Assembly (NCBI GenBank): GCA_002353285.1
Contig: DEJJ01000011.1
Coordinates: forward strand, 2,240-66,239
Reading direction: 5' to 3'
Source: Porphyromonadaceae bacterium UBA2751
Lineage (GTDB): Bacteria; Bacteroidota; Bacteroidia; Bacteroidales; Muribaculaceae
DNA length: 64,000 nucleotides
The position numbers and the translations under genes are program-made. This document shows positions 1-9,146 of this stretch, piece by piece. Every line of letters starts with the position of its first letter. Position 1 is the stretch's first letter. Below the pieces are notes generated by a model. It was not told where the DNA came from, did no database searches, and saw only the letters and a program-made list of their open reading frames with translations.

Positions 1-3000
1 GTCCATGCATACCAAACCTCATCACCTTTAGTGCAAGCAGCAGCATTGAGGTAAACCATCGTTGGAGTACCTTGATAGTTTGACTCCAGTCTGTAAGCAT
101 AAGATGCAGGATGAGAATTGTCAGCAACATCAACCACAAAGTTGTCGTAGATGTTGAGGTTTCCAAAGTCAACGTAACCTGTGTTGGTCACATTATAGTT
201 TTGCGACCAGTTTCCGTTGCCTTCAACGTTGCCATTGTTGGCGTGATAGCCAGCATAGTACTGCACATTTCCAGCTTCAACGTCACTCTTGCCTTTAGGA
301 TAGTCGCTCTTAGCGCTTTGATTAGCCATTGTGATGGTTATGCTGCGATTGCTAGCGGCATGGTTGTTGAAAGTGATGTAAGCAACAGGCTCGCTAATTG
401 TGTTAGTCACACCATTAACAGTCTCTGAGTGACTACGCACAACAGTTAACTTCGTTCCACTCTCACCATCAGTTATATTAGCATTTTCGAGACCCAATGC
501 TGTATTGGCAATATTAATCCTATTAGAATAGCAGTTCTTCTCATTATCGGGATTATAACGGCTATAATGTGAAGCGTCTTTGAGTGCTATCATCTCATTG
601 GGGTCAAGACCAGGAATAATATAACTCATGCTGTTCGAAATTTGCAGGCTCAGGAAATGCTTACCCTCAGCATCAGCAGCATCACGACCACGAATTGCAT
701 AAGTAACCTGCTTACTAGAAGACTCACGCTTTACATATACGTTGGGATAGTTCTTCTCTTTTCCTGGATTCATACGAAGAACAATAGGAACACGGTTGGC
801 CTCGTCAACTACTTGAGCATTAGGATCGGATGGATCACGATCAATGTATTGTCCCTGAGCATTCTTGTAATAAACAGGTTCATAGCTTTCCACTCCAGTT
901 TCTTCATTAACAACCACTTCAAGTAGCTCGAACTCTTGCTGATCACTTGGCAAGAAACTGTCAAGATTGGACACCCAATTGAGATTGAGCATATAGTATT
1001 CATCTGCTTCAACAGTAGGAGTTATCTCTTTTTGACGAATCACATAGAGCCCCATTGTGGGCTGCATAACAGCATTATATCTAAAATAATCTTGAATAAA
1101 GAGATTATTAGCATCTTTGGTTCCTCGTTTTTCCCAATCCATCATACGATAATCGGGAACAAAGAACATCATATCTGTTACATCTTGACAGTCAGCATCC
1201 TTACTTTCTGGACCATACATCATGAAATGATGGTTAACATATGGCACATTAGGACAATCATGAATAACGCCAAAAGATTGCATATTAATTAAATCCTGAT
1301 AGATATCATCTTTAGCTCCTGTAGTTTCTCCTGCAGATTGAGACAATGAAGGGCTAAATTGTTCAAACATATGTCCTAAGAAGAAATAAAAAGAATAACT
1401 TGGGGCAACACCAGGGTCTACATATGTGTCAACATCAGAATAATTAGCACAATAATTGTAGCTCGGATCCACTTCGAAATTACCTGATTTCCATGTATTC
1501 CTCATAGAATGGAACATTGCCAATTGTCCCTTTGCAATAAGATAGAACTTATTCATTTTTTTGCAGTCAATCTTAAACAAAGTACCAGCCTCCAATCCTT
1601 CTCCAGTTCGCTTGGCATTTTTTATAACACGTGCGCTTTTGATTGTCTTTGAAATATAATCTCTAAGTTGAGCATAGCCAGAAAGCGAAGAATCAAACGT
1701 TAATGCTGGGAATATTACAGTACCATTTTCATCTTTTATGTCAGTTAGAGTGAAATTTTCCTTCAATTCAATCAACAACAAAGTCAGGCCCTCGTCATTT
1801 GGCTCATATTCGTACTGATCCATCTTCCAAACATGCCAAGTGTAATCATTATCATCGGTATATGTATTGTAATTGAGAGGGTTTGTTGAGGGAATATTCC
1901 ATCCAAACGTATCAACAAAGCGTGCACCATCTTGGCCAGTTCCAGTTCTTTCGAGTTCGCCAACTCCTGTATAAAGAACTTTGTTGTCATGATCATCTAG
2001 ACCAGTTTCTGTAAAGCCACGTTTTTTATTGCCTGGAATATTTGGATTCGTATAAACCTCACGAAGCATGGCGATTATTTGGTCTGGATCGGTTGCAGGC
2101 TCCTCATCACCAAGAGTATTGGTATGTTTCTCATTACCTGTATCGCCATTTGTATACCATTCGTAAGAGAAGCCATTCCATTCATCGGGATCAAGAATCA
2201 CAATCTCGTTATCACGTCCTTCAATTTCCCCAGGAACACAATCAATCGTAATCCATGGGAGGAATGTTTTTAAAGAAGAGGCAGAAGTACCATATTGAAG
2301 TACACCAACGTTAGTTGTCTGATTCACACCAAGCCATTTCAAAGTCTGCAAAGTATAGGTTCCTCCTGCCGCACAAGATGCATCAACTACCAGATTGCCA
2401 CCTTGGTATTCGTATCCATCACCGCTAAACTCAAAAGTAACTGTATTTGTACCAGTATAAATATTAGTTCCTGACGTAGATGCGAAACCATCAGTAGAAA
2501 GGAATTCTGCAGATGAATAGGTTGACTGTGTTGTCTCACCTATTTTAAGAGTCACTAAACTACTTGATGTCCCTCCATTACGATCCTGCAAATTACCATT
2601 AGCATGGAAAGTAATTTTCTTGATTAAAGTACCTGAAGTAAGATTCAAATCACTTGCCTGATAAATGATCTGCCCATGATTGGCCTTTTCCATGTAATAC
2701 AAATAGACTGGCAATGTTTCTTCGTCCGATCCTTCACCCACAGCTTGATCTTTTGTTTCACTGCCAATACCACTTAATGAAATAGGAGCAGTAGCATTAA
2801 TAGCTGCTGCCTCAGCTTCTTCAGCTGTCAGTGTGATAATTCCATTATAAGATCGATACTCTGTTGGAGCAAAGGTTACCAAATAGAATCTTGAAACTCC
2901 AGGATCCAATTCACCATAACCATTAGTTTTAACTGTGAATTCCTGGTCACCAGTTACCGTAACTACTGGAGTAAATGGATTTGCACCAGTATTAGTTACA

Positions 3001-3893
3001 GTAAAAGTAGTTCTACCTTGTTGATCTTTAACAACTTTCCCAAAAGCACCATTACCTTCAAACGTTGCCTCATAAGGATCAGGCATCATAGCTGTGTAAT
3101 TAATGGTCATTTTGGGTAGAAATGAGTGTTGATTATAATACTGCTGATAGTCATAATAAAAAAATGAAAGAGATTGATTTGCATCAGTACTTATACCATC
3201 AAATTTAGTATCACCGTCTTCACTGTCAGCAGTACCTTTAGTTGTTACAGTCACGTCAACCAGCAAGTTGCCACCATTATAAACAAATGGAGTATTGAAT
3301 GTCACAGTGAACTCTGTCGCATTTTTCTTTGGAGTCACTGTAGCAGATACCGTATTTCCACTAAACGATGTAAATGAATTGCTTGAGAATGCATTTTGTT
3401 CGCAATTACCCAAGGTAATCGTAAGCACACCATCACCACCATCAGTACTAAATTTAATTCCATTAGAAGCATAAAAGGTAAGTGAATTGATGCTGCTTCC
3501 TTTAGCCAACCCTGAAAGATTTGATTCTGTATAAATCATCTGGCTCCTTGTGCGGCGACTTGTATAATTACCGGTAGAGACATTGTCATAAAAATATCCA
3601 TATATAGGAGCATAGCTATTGGTGGTAGCGGTCGATCCATCTGAACCGTCACAAACTGTCAATACAAAATTCTCAGTATGTGATTTTACAGAAGCATCTT
3701 GCTTGTAATTTGGGTTTGAATCACTTTGGGTCTCACTTTCTGTTATAACCATTTCTAGCTTGGTTGGTTTAGGGCGCATAAGACTCACCTTGGAACCATT
3801 CCTAGAAGTGGCACCCTTTTCTTGGGCCGCGGTGGGTTGCCATAAGGGCAAGGCGACTGCGGCAATCAGTAATAATCTCAGAATACGTGTCAT
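1..3893 (-). CDS. Very large secreted multidomain surface protein, >1297 aa, runs off the left edge; not in the ORF track
   Basis: Manual translation from ATG at 3893 (MTRILRLLLIAAVALPLWQPTAAQEK, signal peptide) found no in-frame stop down to base 1. Two copies of a beta-rich module (PIYGYFYD..SQMIY..INSLTFYA..GGNLLVD / PVYLYYME..GQIIY..IKKITFHA..GGNLVVD) flank an Ig-like choice-of-anchor-D-like stretch (TFTVTNTG..VTFAPT..SLSGIG). Confidence 0.85.
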   Translation of the reverse strand, partial: MTRILRLLLIAAVALPLWQPTAAQEKGATSRNGSKVSLMRPKPTKLEMVITESETQSDSNPNYKQDASVKSHTENFVLTVCDGSDGSTATTNSYAPIYGYFYDNVSTGNYTSRRTRSQMIYTESNLSGLAKGSSINSLTFYASNGIKFSTDGGDGVLTITLGNCEQNAFSSNSFTSFSGNTVSATVTPKKNATEFTVTFNTPFVYNGGNLLVDVTVTTKGTADSEDGDTKFDGISTDANQSLSFFYYDYQQYYNQHSFLPKMTINYTAMMPDPYEATFEGNGAFGKVVKDQQGRTTFTVTNTGANPFTPVVTVTGDQEFTVKTNGYGELDPGVSRFYLVTFAPTEYRSYNGIITLTAEEAEAAAINATAPISLSGIGSETKDQAVGEGSDEETLPVYLYYMEKANHGQIIYQASDLNLTSGTLIKKITFHANGNLQDRNGGTSSSLVTLKIGETTQSTYSSAEFLSTDGFASTSGTNIYTGTNTVTFEFSGDGYEYQGGNLVVDASCAAGGTYTLQTLKWLGVNQTTNVGVLQYGTSASSLKTFLPWITIDCVPGEIEGRDNEIVILDPDEWNGFSYEWYTNGDTGNEKHTNTLGDEEPATDPDQIIAMLREVYTNPNIPGNKKRGFTETGLDDHDNKVLYTGVGELERTGTGQDGARFVDTFGWNIPSTNPLNYNTYTDDNDYTWHVWKMDQYEYEPNDEGLTLLLIELKENFTLTDIKDENGTVIFPALTFDSSLSGYAQLRDYISKTIKSARVIKNAKRTGEGLEAGTLFKIDCKKMNKFYLIAKGQLAMFHSMRNTWKSGNFEVDPSYNYCANYSDVDTYVDPGVAPSYSFYFFLGHMFEQFSPSLSQSAGETTGAKDDIYQDLINMQSFGVIHDCPNVPYVNHHFMMYGPESKDADCQDVTDMMFFVPDYRMMDWEKRGTKDANNLFIQDYFRYNAVMQPTMGLYVIRQKEITPTVEADEYYMLNLNWVSNLDSFLPSDQQEFELLEVVVNEETGVESYEPVYYKNAQGQYIDRDPSDPNAQVVDEANRVPIVLRMNPGKEKNYPNVYVKRESSSKQVTYAIRGRDAADAEGKHFLSLQISNSMSYIIPGLDPNEMIALKDASHYSRYNPDNEKNCYSNRINIANTALGLENANITDGESGTKLTVVRSHSETVNGVTNTISEPVAYITFNNHAASNRSITITMANQSAKSDYPKGKSDVEAGNVQYYAGYHANNGNVEGNGNWSQNYNVTNTGYVDFGNLNIYDNFVVDVADNSHPASYAYRLESNYQGTPTMVYLNAAACTKGDEVWYAW

Positions 3894-4204
3894 AGTAATA
3901 AAAAATTTTAGATATGGTTTATAAAAATAATTATATATCCTTTAGTTGGAATTTCCTTATTAAGTGATTAAAGCTCAGGGACATGAATGAGAAGATGTAA
4001 TCACATCATGAAGTTTTCAACGCGGCACTCTTGCAGTGTTGTGAGCTCTCGTGTTATTAAGGTGATGTTGAAAAGAGTTTTTTCAAAAACGTTAAGATTC
4101 AGGCTCATACAGGCTTTTTTAGCATACCTTACCTTATGTAAATCGCAATGACTCTTAACCACCGGTTCATCAATCCTCGGAACACAAATGACTAAATCAC
4201 TGTA

Positions 4205-4212
4205 CAAATTTA
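4205..4212 (-). promoter_or_regulatory. Bacteroidetes sigma-A -7 box (TAAATTTG), probably for the large surface-protein gene
   Basis: Matches TAnnTTTG about 310 nt upstream of the ATG at 3893. Confidence 0.5.
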
Positions 4213-4500
4213 AAACTTATTCGCTGAAAAATCAATACGATTTGTGATAAAATATTAACAACTTGCCTTTATATAACAATTTTTAACGATTGTAACGCAT
4301 TTTTCTGGCATAAATATTCATTTTTCCGGTTCGATTTTATTGTTAGCAGACAAAGGGGGGCAATGTTGAGGTTTTTATATTCCCCCATGATAAAAAAGCG
4401 GATTGAGCTGATTATCCGCAAGGTTTTTTTTACAGAAGAACTTTAGTGTTCATAAGATTGATGGCTTGCTCTGGATTCGGGCAGACTCCTCGGGTGGTTG

Positions 4501-4958
4501 TTTAGTGCGCTTCGCGCAGAAATATAACAAATCATTATAAATCAAACAGGATATATTATATGGGATTTGGTGACGTGGGTGCTTCCTCTCGCAAAGCTGC
4601 ACCTGTCGGTGTCGAAAAAGCCTGCTTGCGCAGGGGTTTTGTTTGTGGCTGCGCATGGGGTCAAACAACTTTTACAACACAGAGACAACAGGCACAACTG
4701 GTTTAGTGCGCTTCGCGCAGAAATATAACAAATCATTACAAATCAAACAGGATATATTATATGGGATTTGGTGACGTGGGTGCTTACTCTCGCAAAGCTG
4801 CACCTGTCGGTGTCGAAAAGCCTGCTTACGCAGGTGTTTTGTTTGCGGCTACGCATGGGGGCAGACTACTGGGACGACTGTGTTAGTGCGCTTCGCGCAG
4901 AAATATAACAAGTCATTTCAAATCAAACAGGATATATTATATGGGATTTGGTGGCGTG
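4501..4958. repeat. Triplicated ~160-bp element (4501-4660, 4702-4860, partial 4883-4958)
   Basis: Copies 1 and 2 differ at 7 positions; copy 3 matches the first ~75 nt; short distinct linkers between copies. Confidence 0.95.
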
Positions 4959-4970
4959 TGCTTTGGTCAT

Positions 4971-5078
4971 ACTCCCCCCTGCCCGCTCTTTCAGCGGCAA
5001 TGGGCTGTGCCTTACCAATGGCAAAACAAGTTTTGCCGCTGGTTTCGGCTTGCACCATTGGTCTACCTTAGAGGGGAG
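4971..5078. repeat. Nested palindromic REP-like element
   Basis: CTCCCC...GGGGAG outer arms enclose CCAATGG...CCATTGG, which encloses the hairpin GGCAAAAC-AA-GTTTTGCC. Confidence 0.6.
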
Positions 5079-5130
5079 GTAAAAAGCACGTTTTTTTAGT
5101 TTTGCAACAGGCTTGTGTGGTAATGGAGGG

Positions 5131-6315
5131 TTACTCGACCCAGAGGACGAGGCCCTTGAGGTACTCACCCTCGGGATGGTAGATGTTGATGGGATGGTCG
5201 GCAGGCTGTGTGAGCTGATGCAGGATGCGCACCTTGCGGCGGCTCTGTGCTGCTGCGCTGAACAGAGCGAGCCTGAACTGATCCTTGCTCACGGCCTGCG
5301 AGCAGGAGAAGGTGAAGAGCACTCCCCCACTTTGAATCTTGCTGAAAGCCTTGGCGTTGAGACGCCGATAGCCCACGAGTGCGTTCTTGAGGGCGCTCTT
5401 GTGCTTGGCAAAAGCTGGCGGGTCGAGGATGATGAGGTCGTAGGCGTCGGGCTCGACATGGTCGAGGAAATCGAAGGCATCTTGAGCAAAGGCCTCGTGC
5501 CTGCTGTCGCCAGGGTAATTAAGCTCCACGTTGCGGCGAGTGAGGCTCACAGCCTTGCTGGAGCTGTCGACGCTGTGGACGAGCTGTGCCCCGCCACGCA
5601 TGGCATAGAAGGAGAATCCACCAGTGTAGCAGAACATGTTGAGCACACGTCGGTCGTGGCTGTAGCGCTCGAGCAGGGCGCGGTTCTCGCGCTGATCGAC
5701 GAAGAAGCCAGTCTTTTGGCCTCGGAGCCAGTCGACATGGAATTTGAGTCCGTTCTCGATTGCGACATCGGTGTCGAACTCACCAATGAGATACTGATTC
5801 TCGGGGTCGAGATGAGCTTTATAGGGCAATGTGGTCTCGCTCTTGTAGTAAACATTGCTGATAACCCCCGCAGGCAGATCGACCAGAGCCTGTGCGATGC
5901 TCTTGCGCGCGAAGTGCATGCCTGGCGAGTGGGCCTGGATGACGGCTGTGCTGCCATAGACGTCGACAACCAGTCCGGGCAGGAAGTCGCCCTCACCATG
6001 GACGAGGCGGAAGGAGTTGTTGTCGGGGCGCATCAGCCCGAGGGCTTGCCGCACACGCCATGCCTGAGTGAGGCGGTCGCGATAGAAGTCGTCGTCGATA
6101 GCGGTGTCGCCCCACGCAAGGATGCGCACCATGATGCTGCCCACCTGGAAGTGTCCGTTGCCGATGTGGGTGCCATCGCTGGCGAACACCGAGACGATGT
6201 CGCCTTCCTCGATAGCGGGGTCGGCATGAGCGATTGCCCCCGAGAACACCCAGGGGTGAAATCGCTTGAGTGACTCTTCCTTGCCACGGCGCAGGGTTAT
6301 CTTTTTATAGTTCAT
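5131..6315 (-). CDS. rlmI: 23S rRNA m5C1962 methyltransferase (RlmI family)
   Basis: PUA domain HPWVFSGAI; GQKTGFFVDQR, VLNMFCYTGGFS and IILDPPAF motifs. Confidence 0.9.
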   Translation of the reverse strand: MNYKKITLRRGKEESLKRFHPWVFSGAIAHADPAIEEGDIVSVFASDGTHIGNGHFQVGSIMVRILAWGDTAIDDDFYRDRLTQAWRVRQALGLMRPDNNSFRLVHGEGDFLPGLVVDVYGSTAVIQAHSPGMHFARKSIAQALVDLPAGVISNVYYKSETTLPYKAHLDPENQYLIGEFDTDVAIENGLKFHVDWLRGQKTGFFVDQRENRALLERYSHDRRVLNMFCYTGGFSFYAMRGGAQLVHSVDSSSKAVSLTRRNVELNYPGDSRHEAFAQDAFDFLDHVEPDAYDLIILDPPAFAKHKSALKNALVGYRRLNAKAFSKIQSGGVLFTFSCSQAVSKDQFRLALFSAAAQSRRKVRILHQLTQPADHPINIYHPEGEYLKGLVLWVE

Positions 6316-6395
6316 AGTTTAGAGTTGTGAGTTTGTGAGTTGTGAGTTTAGAGTTGTGAGTTTAGAGTTGTGAGTTTGTGAGTTGTGAGTTTTTT
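6316..6395. repeat. 7/8-mer tandem repeat (AGTTGTG/AGTTTAG/AGTTTGTG)
   Basis: About 11 units filling the rseP-rlmI spacer. Confidence 0.9.
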
Positions 6396-6405
6396 GGGGG
6401 ATAGA

Positions 6406-7773
6406 CTAATTGACGAAGGGCTTGATGAGCCAGCGGTAGATGTCGTTGCCATTGGCCCACAGGAGCAGTGCAATGAGGATGCTCATGCCCACCACCTGCG
6501 CCCTGATCATGAACTTGTCGCTGGGCTTGCGGCGGAAAATCATCTCGTAGAGCAGGAACATCACATGTCCACCATCGAGGGCGGGAATTGGCAGGATGTT
6601 CATGAAAGCGAGGATGACCGAGAGGAATGCAGTCAAATCCCAGAAGTTGAGCCAGTTGAACGTCTCGGGGAAGATGCTGGCAATGGTGCCGAAGCCACCC
6701 AGGCTCTGCGCGCCTTCCTTGGAGAAGATGAGCTTGAGGCTGCTCACGTAGTTGACCATCTTGGTCCACCCCATCTCGATGCCACGAGGAATTGAGGCGA
6801 GAAGGCTGTAGGCCTTGGTCTCCACCTTATAAATTTGGGTGACGTTGCGCAGGCCGATGCCAATCTTGCCAGCACTATTGACTGCGACGCTGGCAGTGCA
6901 TGGCTTGCCATCGCGGATGTAGGTCATCTTCACTGTCTTGCCCTTGGATGCCTGCAACTGCGCGGTGAAGGTCTTATAGTCGGCAGCGTCAACTGAGTCG
7001 ACACTCAAAATTTTGTCGCCCCTCTTGAGCCCAGCCACGTCGGCGCCATCGCCCGGCATTGTGGTCTCGACCACAACAGGGAGTCGATAGTCCATGAAAG
7101 GCTCGCCGTTGCGTGCATCCTTCTCGGCCTGGAAGACGAACTTGCTGGGTATGCTGATGGTGACAGTGTCGCGGCCATTGCGCAGCACCGTTACCTGCTT
7201 GGCAGTGGTCATTGCCTGGACGTCGGCACTACTGAGCGAAGTGAGCTCATTGCCATCGGCCGTCAATGGTATGTCGCCATCGCGGAAACCGATTTTCTCG
7301 GCACTCTGGCAGAAGTCCATACCCAGCTCGGCATTGCGATAGGGCAAATACTGCTCGCCCCAATAGTAGACCATGCCGGCATAGATGATGATGGCAAGCA
7401 GGAAGTTGTTGAGCACGCCGCCCACCATGATGAGCAGTCGCTGCCATGCCGGCTTGGTGCGGAACTCCCATGGCTGCTCGGGCTGCTGCATCTGCTCGGT
7501 GTCCATGGACTCGTCGATCATGCCAGCTATCTTGCAGTAGCCGCCCAGGGGAAGCCATCCGACACCATACTCGGTGTCGCTCTTCTTGGGCTTGAACTTG
7601 AGCAAGCTACCATCCCACTTGATGCCCAGGCTCTTGAGTCCGATATCGAAAAAGAGGTAAAATTTCTCTACTCTAACTCCAAATAATCTTGCCCACATGA
7701 AATGCCCCAGCTCGTGAATAAACACCAGCAGTGATAATGCGGCAATCATCTGGATCCAACCTATTACACTCAT
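6406..7773 (-). CDS. rseP: RIP metalloprotease RseP (M50, PDZ)
   Basis: HELGH and NILPIPALDGGH motifs, PDZ region; follows dxr. Confidence 0.95.
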   Translation of the reverse strand: MSVIGWIQMIAALSLLVFIHELGHFMWARLFGVRVEKFYLFFDIGLKSLGIKWDGSLLKFKPKKSDTEYGVGWLPLGGYCKIAGMIDESMDTEQMQQPEQPWEFRTKPAWQRLLIMVGGVLNNFLLAIIIYAGMVYYWGEQYLPYRNAELGMDFCQSAEKIGFRDGDIPLTADGNELTSLSSADVQAMTTAKQVTVLRNGRDTVTISIPSKFVFQAEKDARNGEPFMDYRLPVVVETTMPGDGADVAGLKRGDKILSVDSVDAADYKTFTAQLQASKGKTVKMTYIRDGKPCTASVAVNSAGKIGIGLRNVTQIYKVETKAYSLLASIPRGIEMGWTKMVNYVSSLKLIFSKEGAQSLGGFGTIASIFPETFNWLNFWDLTAFLSVILAFMNILPIPALDGGHVMFLLYEMIFRRKPSDKFMIRAQVVGMSILIALLLWANGNDIYRWLIKPFVN

Positions 7774-7797
7774 AGTAGTTGTTAATGTTGTGCTTTA

Positions 7798-8964
7798 TTA
7801 CTCTTTATTGTTAATTAAAGACTCAGCATAGGCGCGCGACTGTGCGTTGGTCGCAACGTAGTCGTCGTAGGAAGGTTTCTCAATGAATGGAGCCCATGCC
7901 ATTGTGCGCTCGATAGTGCGGTAGATGTCGTTAAAGCCAATTCTATCGTCAAGGAATGCCGCCACAGCCACCTCGTTGGCGGCGTTCATCACGCATGGCA
8001 CGTTGCCACCGCGGCGTGCAGCATCGTAGGCAGTGCGGAGCAAAGGGAACTTGTCGAAGTCGGGCTCATGGAAAGTGAGATTAGCATAGTCGGCAACAGT
8101 CATGCGTCGCTCCTGTGTTGCCAATCGGCCTGGCAAGCCCAGTGCATAGCGTATGGGCAGGTGCATGTCGGGCAATGCGAGCTGCGCCTTGACTGAGCCG
8201 TCGACAAACTCCACCATGGAGTGGACAATTGACTGCGGATGAACCACTATGTCGATGTGCTCCTGCGAGATGCCGTAGAGCCACTTGGCCTCGATCATCT
8301 CAAAACCCTTGTTCATCATGGTTGCACTGTCGATGGTAATCTTGGCGCCCATAGCCCAGTTGGGGTGACGCAGAGCATCGGCCTTGGTTACTGTGGCAAG
8401 CTGCTCACGCGGCATGGTGCGGAAGGGGCCACCAGATGCAGTGAGGATGAGGCGCGACACATTGTCGATGTCCTCGCCCACCAAGCACTGATAGAAGGCA
8501 CCATGTTCACTGTCGACCGGGTATAATACCGAAGTGGAGTCCTTGAGCATCTCGTTGATGAGCTCGCCTGCCACGACAAGAGTCTCCTTGTTGGCCAAGG
8601 CAATCTTCTTGCCAGCCTTGATGGCAGCGATAGTCGACTCCAATCCACTGTAGCCCACCATGGCCGTTACCACGGTGTCGACCTGAGGCTCTGCCACAAG
8701 CTGAGCCACGACAGCGCTACCAGTGTGAACGTTGATTCCCGTTCCCTCCAGTGCCTGTGCCACTTGCTGATAGCAATCCTCGCTTGCAATCACCACATTG
8801 TGAGGCTTGAACTTCAAAGCCTGCTCGATGAGCAACTGCGCGCTGCGGTTGGCCACAATCAGGTCAACCTCAAAGAGTTGAGGATACTCGCTGGCAATGT
8901 CGAGCGTCTGCCTCCCTATTGAGCCAGTGCTACCTAAAACGGCTATTTTTCTTCTTTGAACCAC
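7798..8964 (-). CDS. dxr: 1-deoxy-D-xylulose-5-phosphate reductoisomerase
   Basis: LGSTGSIG, LANKETLV, PVDSEH, HPNWAMGAKITIDSATMMNKG. Confidence 0.97.
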   Translation of the reverse strand: MVQRRKIAVLGSTGSIGRQTLDIASEYPQLFEVDLIVANRSAQLLIEQALKFKPHNVVIASEDCYQQVAQALEGTGINVHTGSAVVAQLVAEPQVDTVVTAMVGYSGLESTIAAIKAGKKIALANKETLVVAGELINEMLKDSTSVLYPVDSEHGAFYQCLVGEDIDNVSRLILTASGGPFRTMPREQLATVTKADALRHPNWAMGAKITIDSATMMNKGFEMIEAKWLYGISQEHIDIVVHPQSIVHSMVEFVDGSVKAQLALPDMHLPIRYALGLPGRLATQERRMTVADYANLTFHEPDFDKFPLLRTAYDAARRGGNVPCVMNAANEVAVAAFLDDRIGFNDIYRTIERTMAWAPFIEKPSYDDYVATNAQSRAYAESLINNKE

Positions 8965-9069
8965 GAAAATTGCTTTAAAAACTTACAAAGTTACACATTT
9001 TCGCTCTACCAACGAAATGAAAAGTGAATTTTAACGATTTCAAACACTTTTTGCAGAGAAAGGCGTCAG

Positions 9070-9113
9070 AAAAAGTCCGACTTAATCAGACACTGTCAGA
9101 CTAAGTCGGACTT
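9070..9113 (-). terminator. Intrinsic terminator after the dockerin-FGE gene
   Basis: AAGTCCGACTTA/TAAGTCGGACTT inverted repeat followed by a T-run on the minus strand. Confidence 0.7.
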
Positions 9114-9146
9114 AATACTCATTAAGCACTGAGTGCTGTAAATTCT

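Noticed and set aside
111-3377. Short ORFs listed in the first 3.4 kb
   Set aside because: They are antisense or off-frame shadows of the large minus-strand CDS.
4501-4958. CRISPR array
   Set aside because: Repeats are ~160 bp with shorter, unequal linkers that are themselves repetitive; no cas genes.
4450-5168. Small ORFs within the repeat array
   Set aside because: They are translations of the repeats, with no initiation context or protein-like features.
5113-6273. 386-aa plus-strand ORF
   Set aside because: Antisense shadow of rlmI, expected from codon bias.
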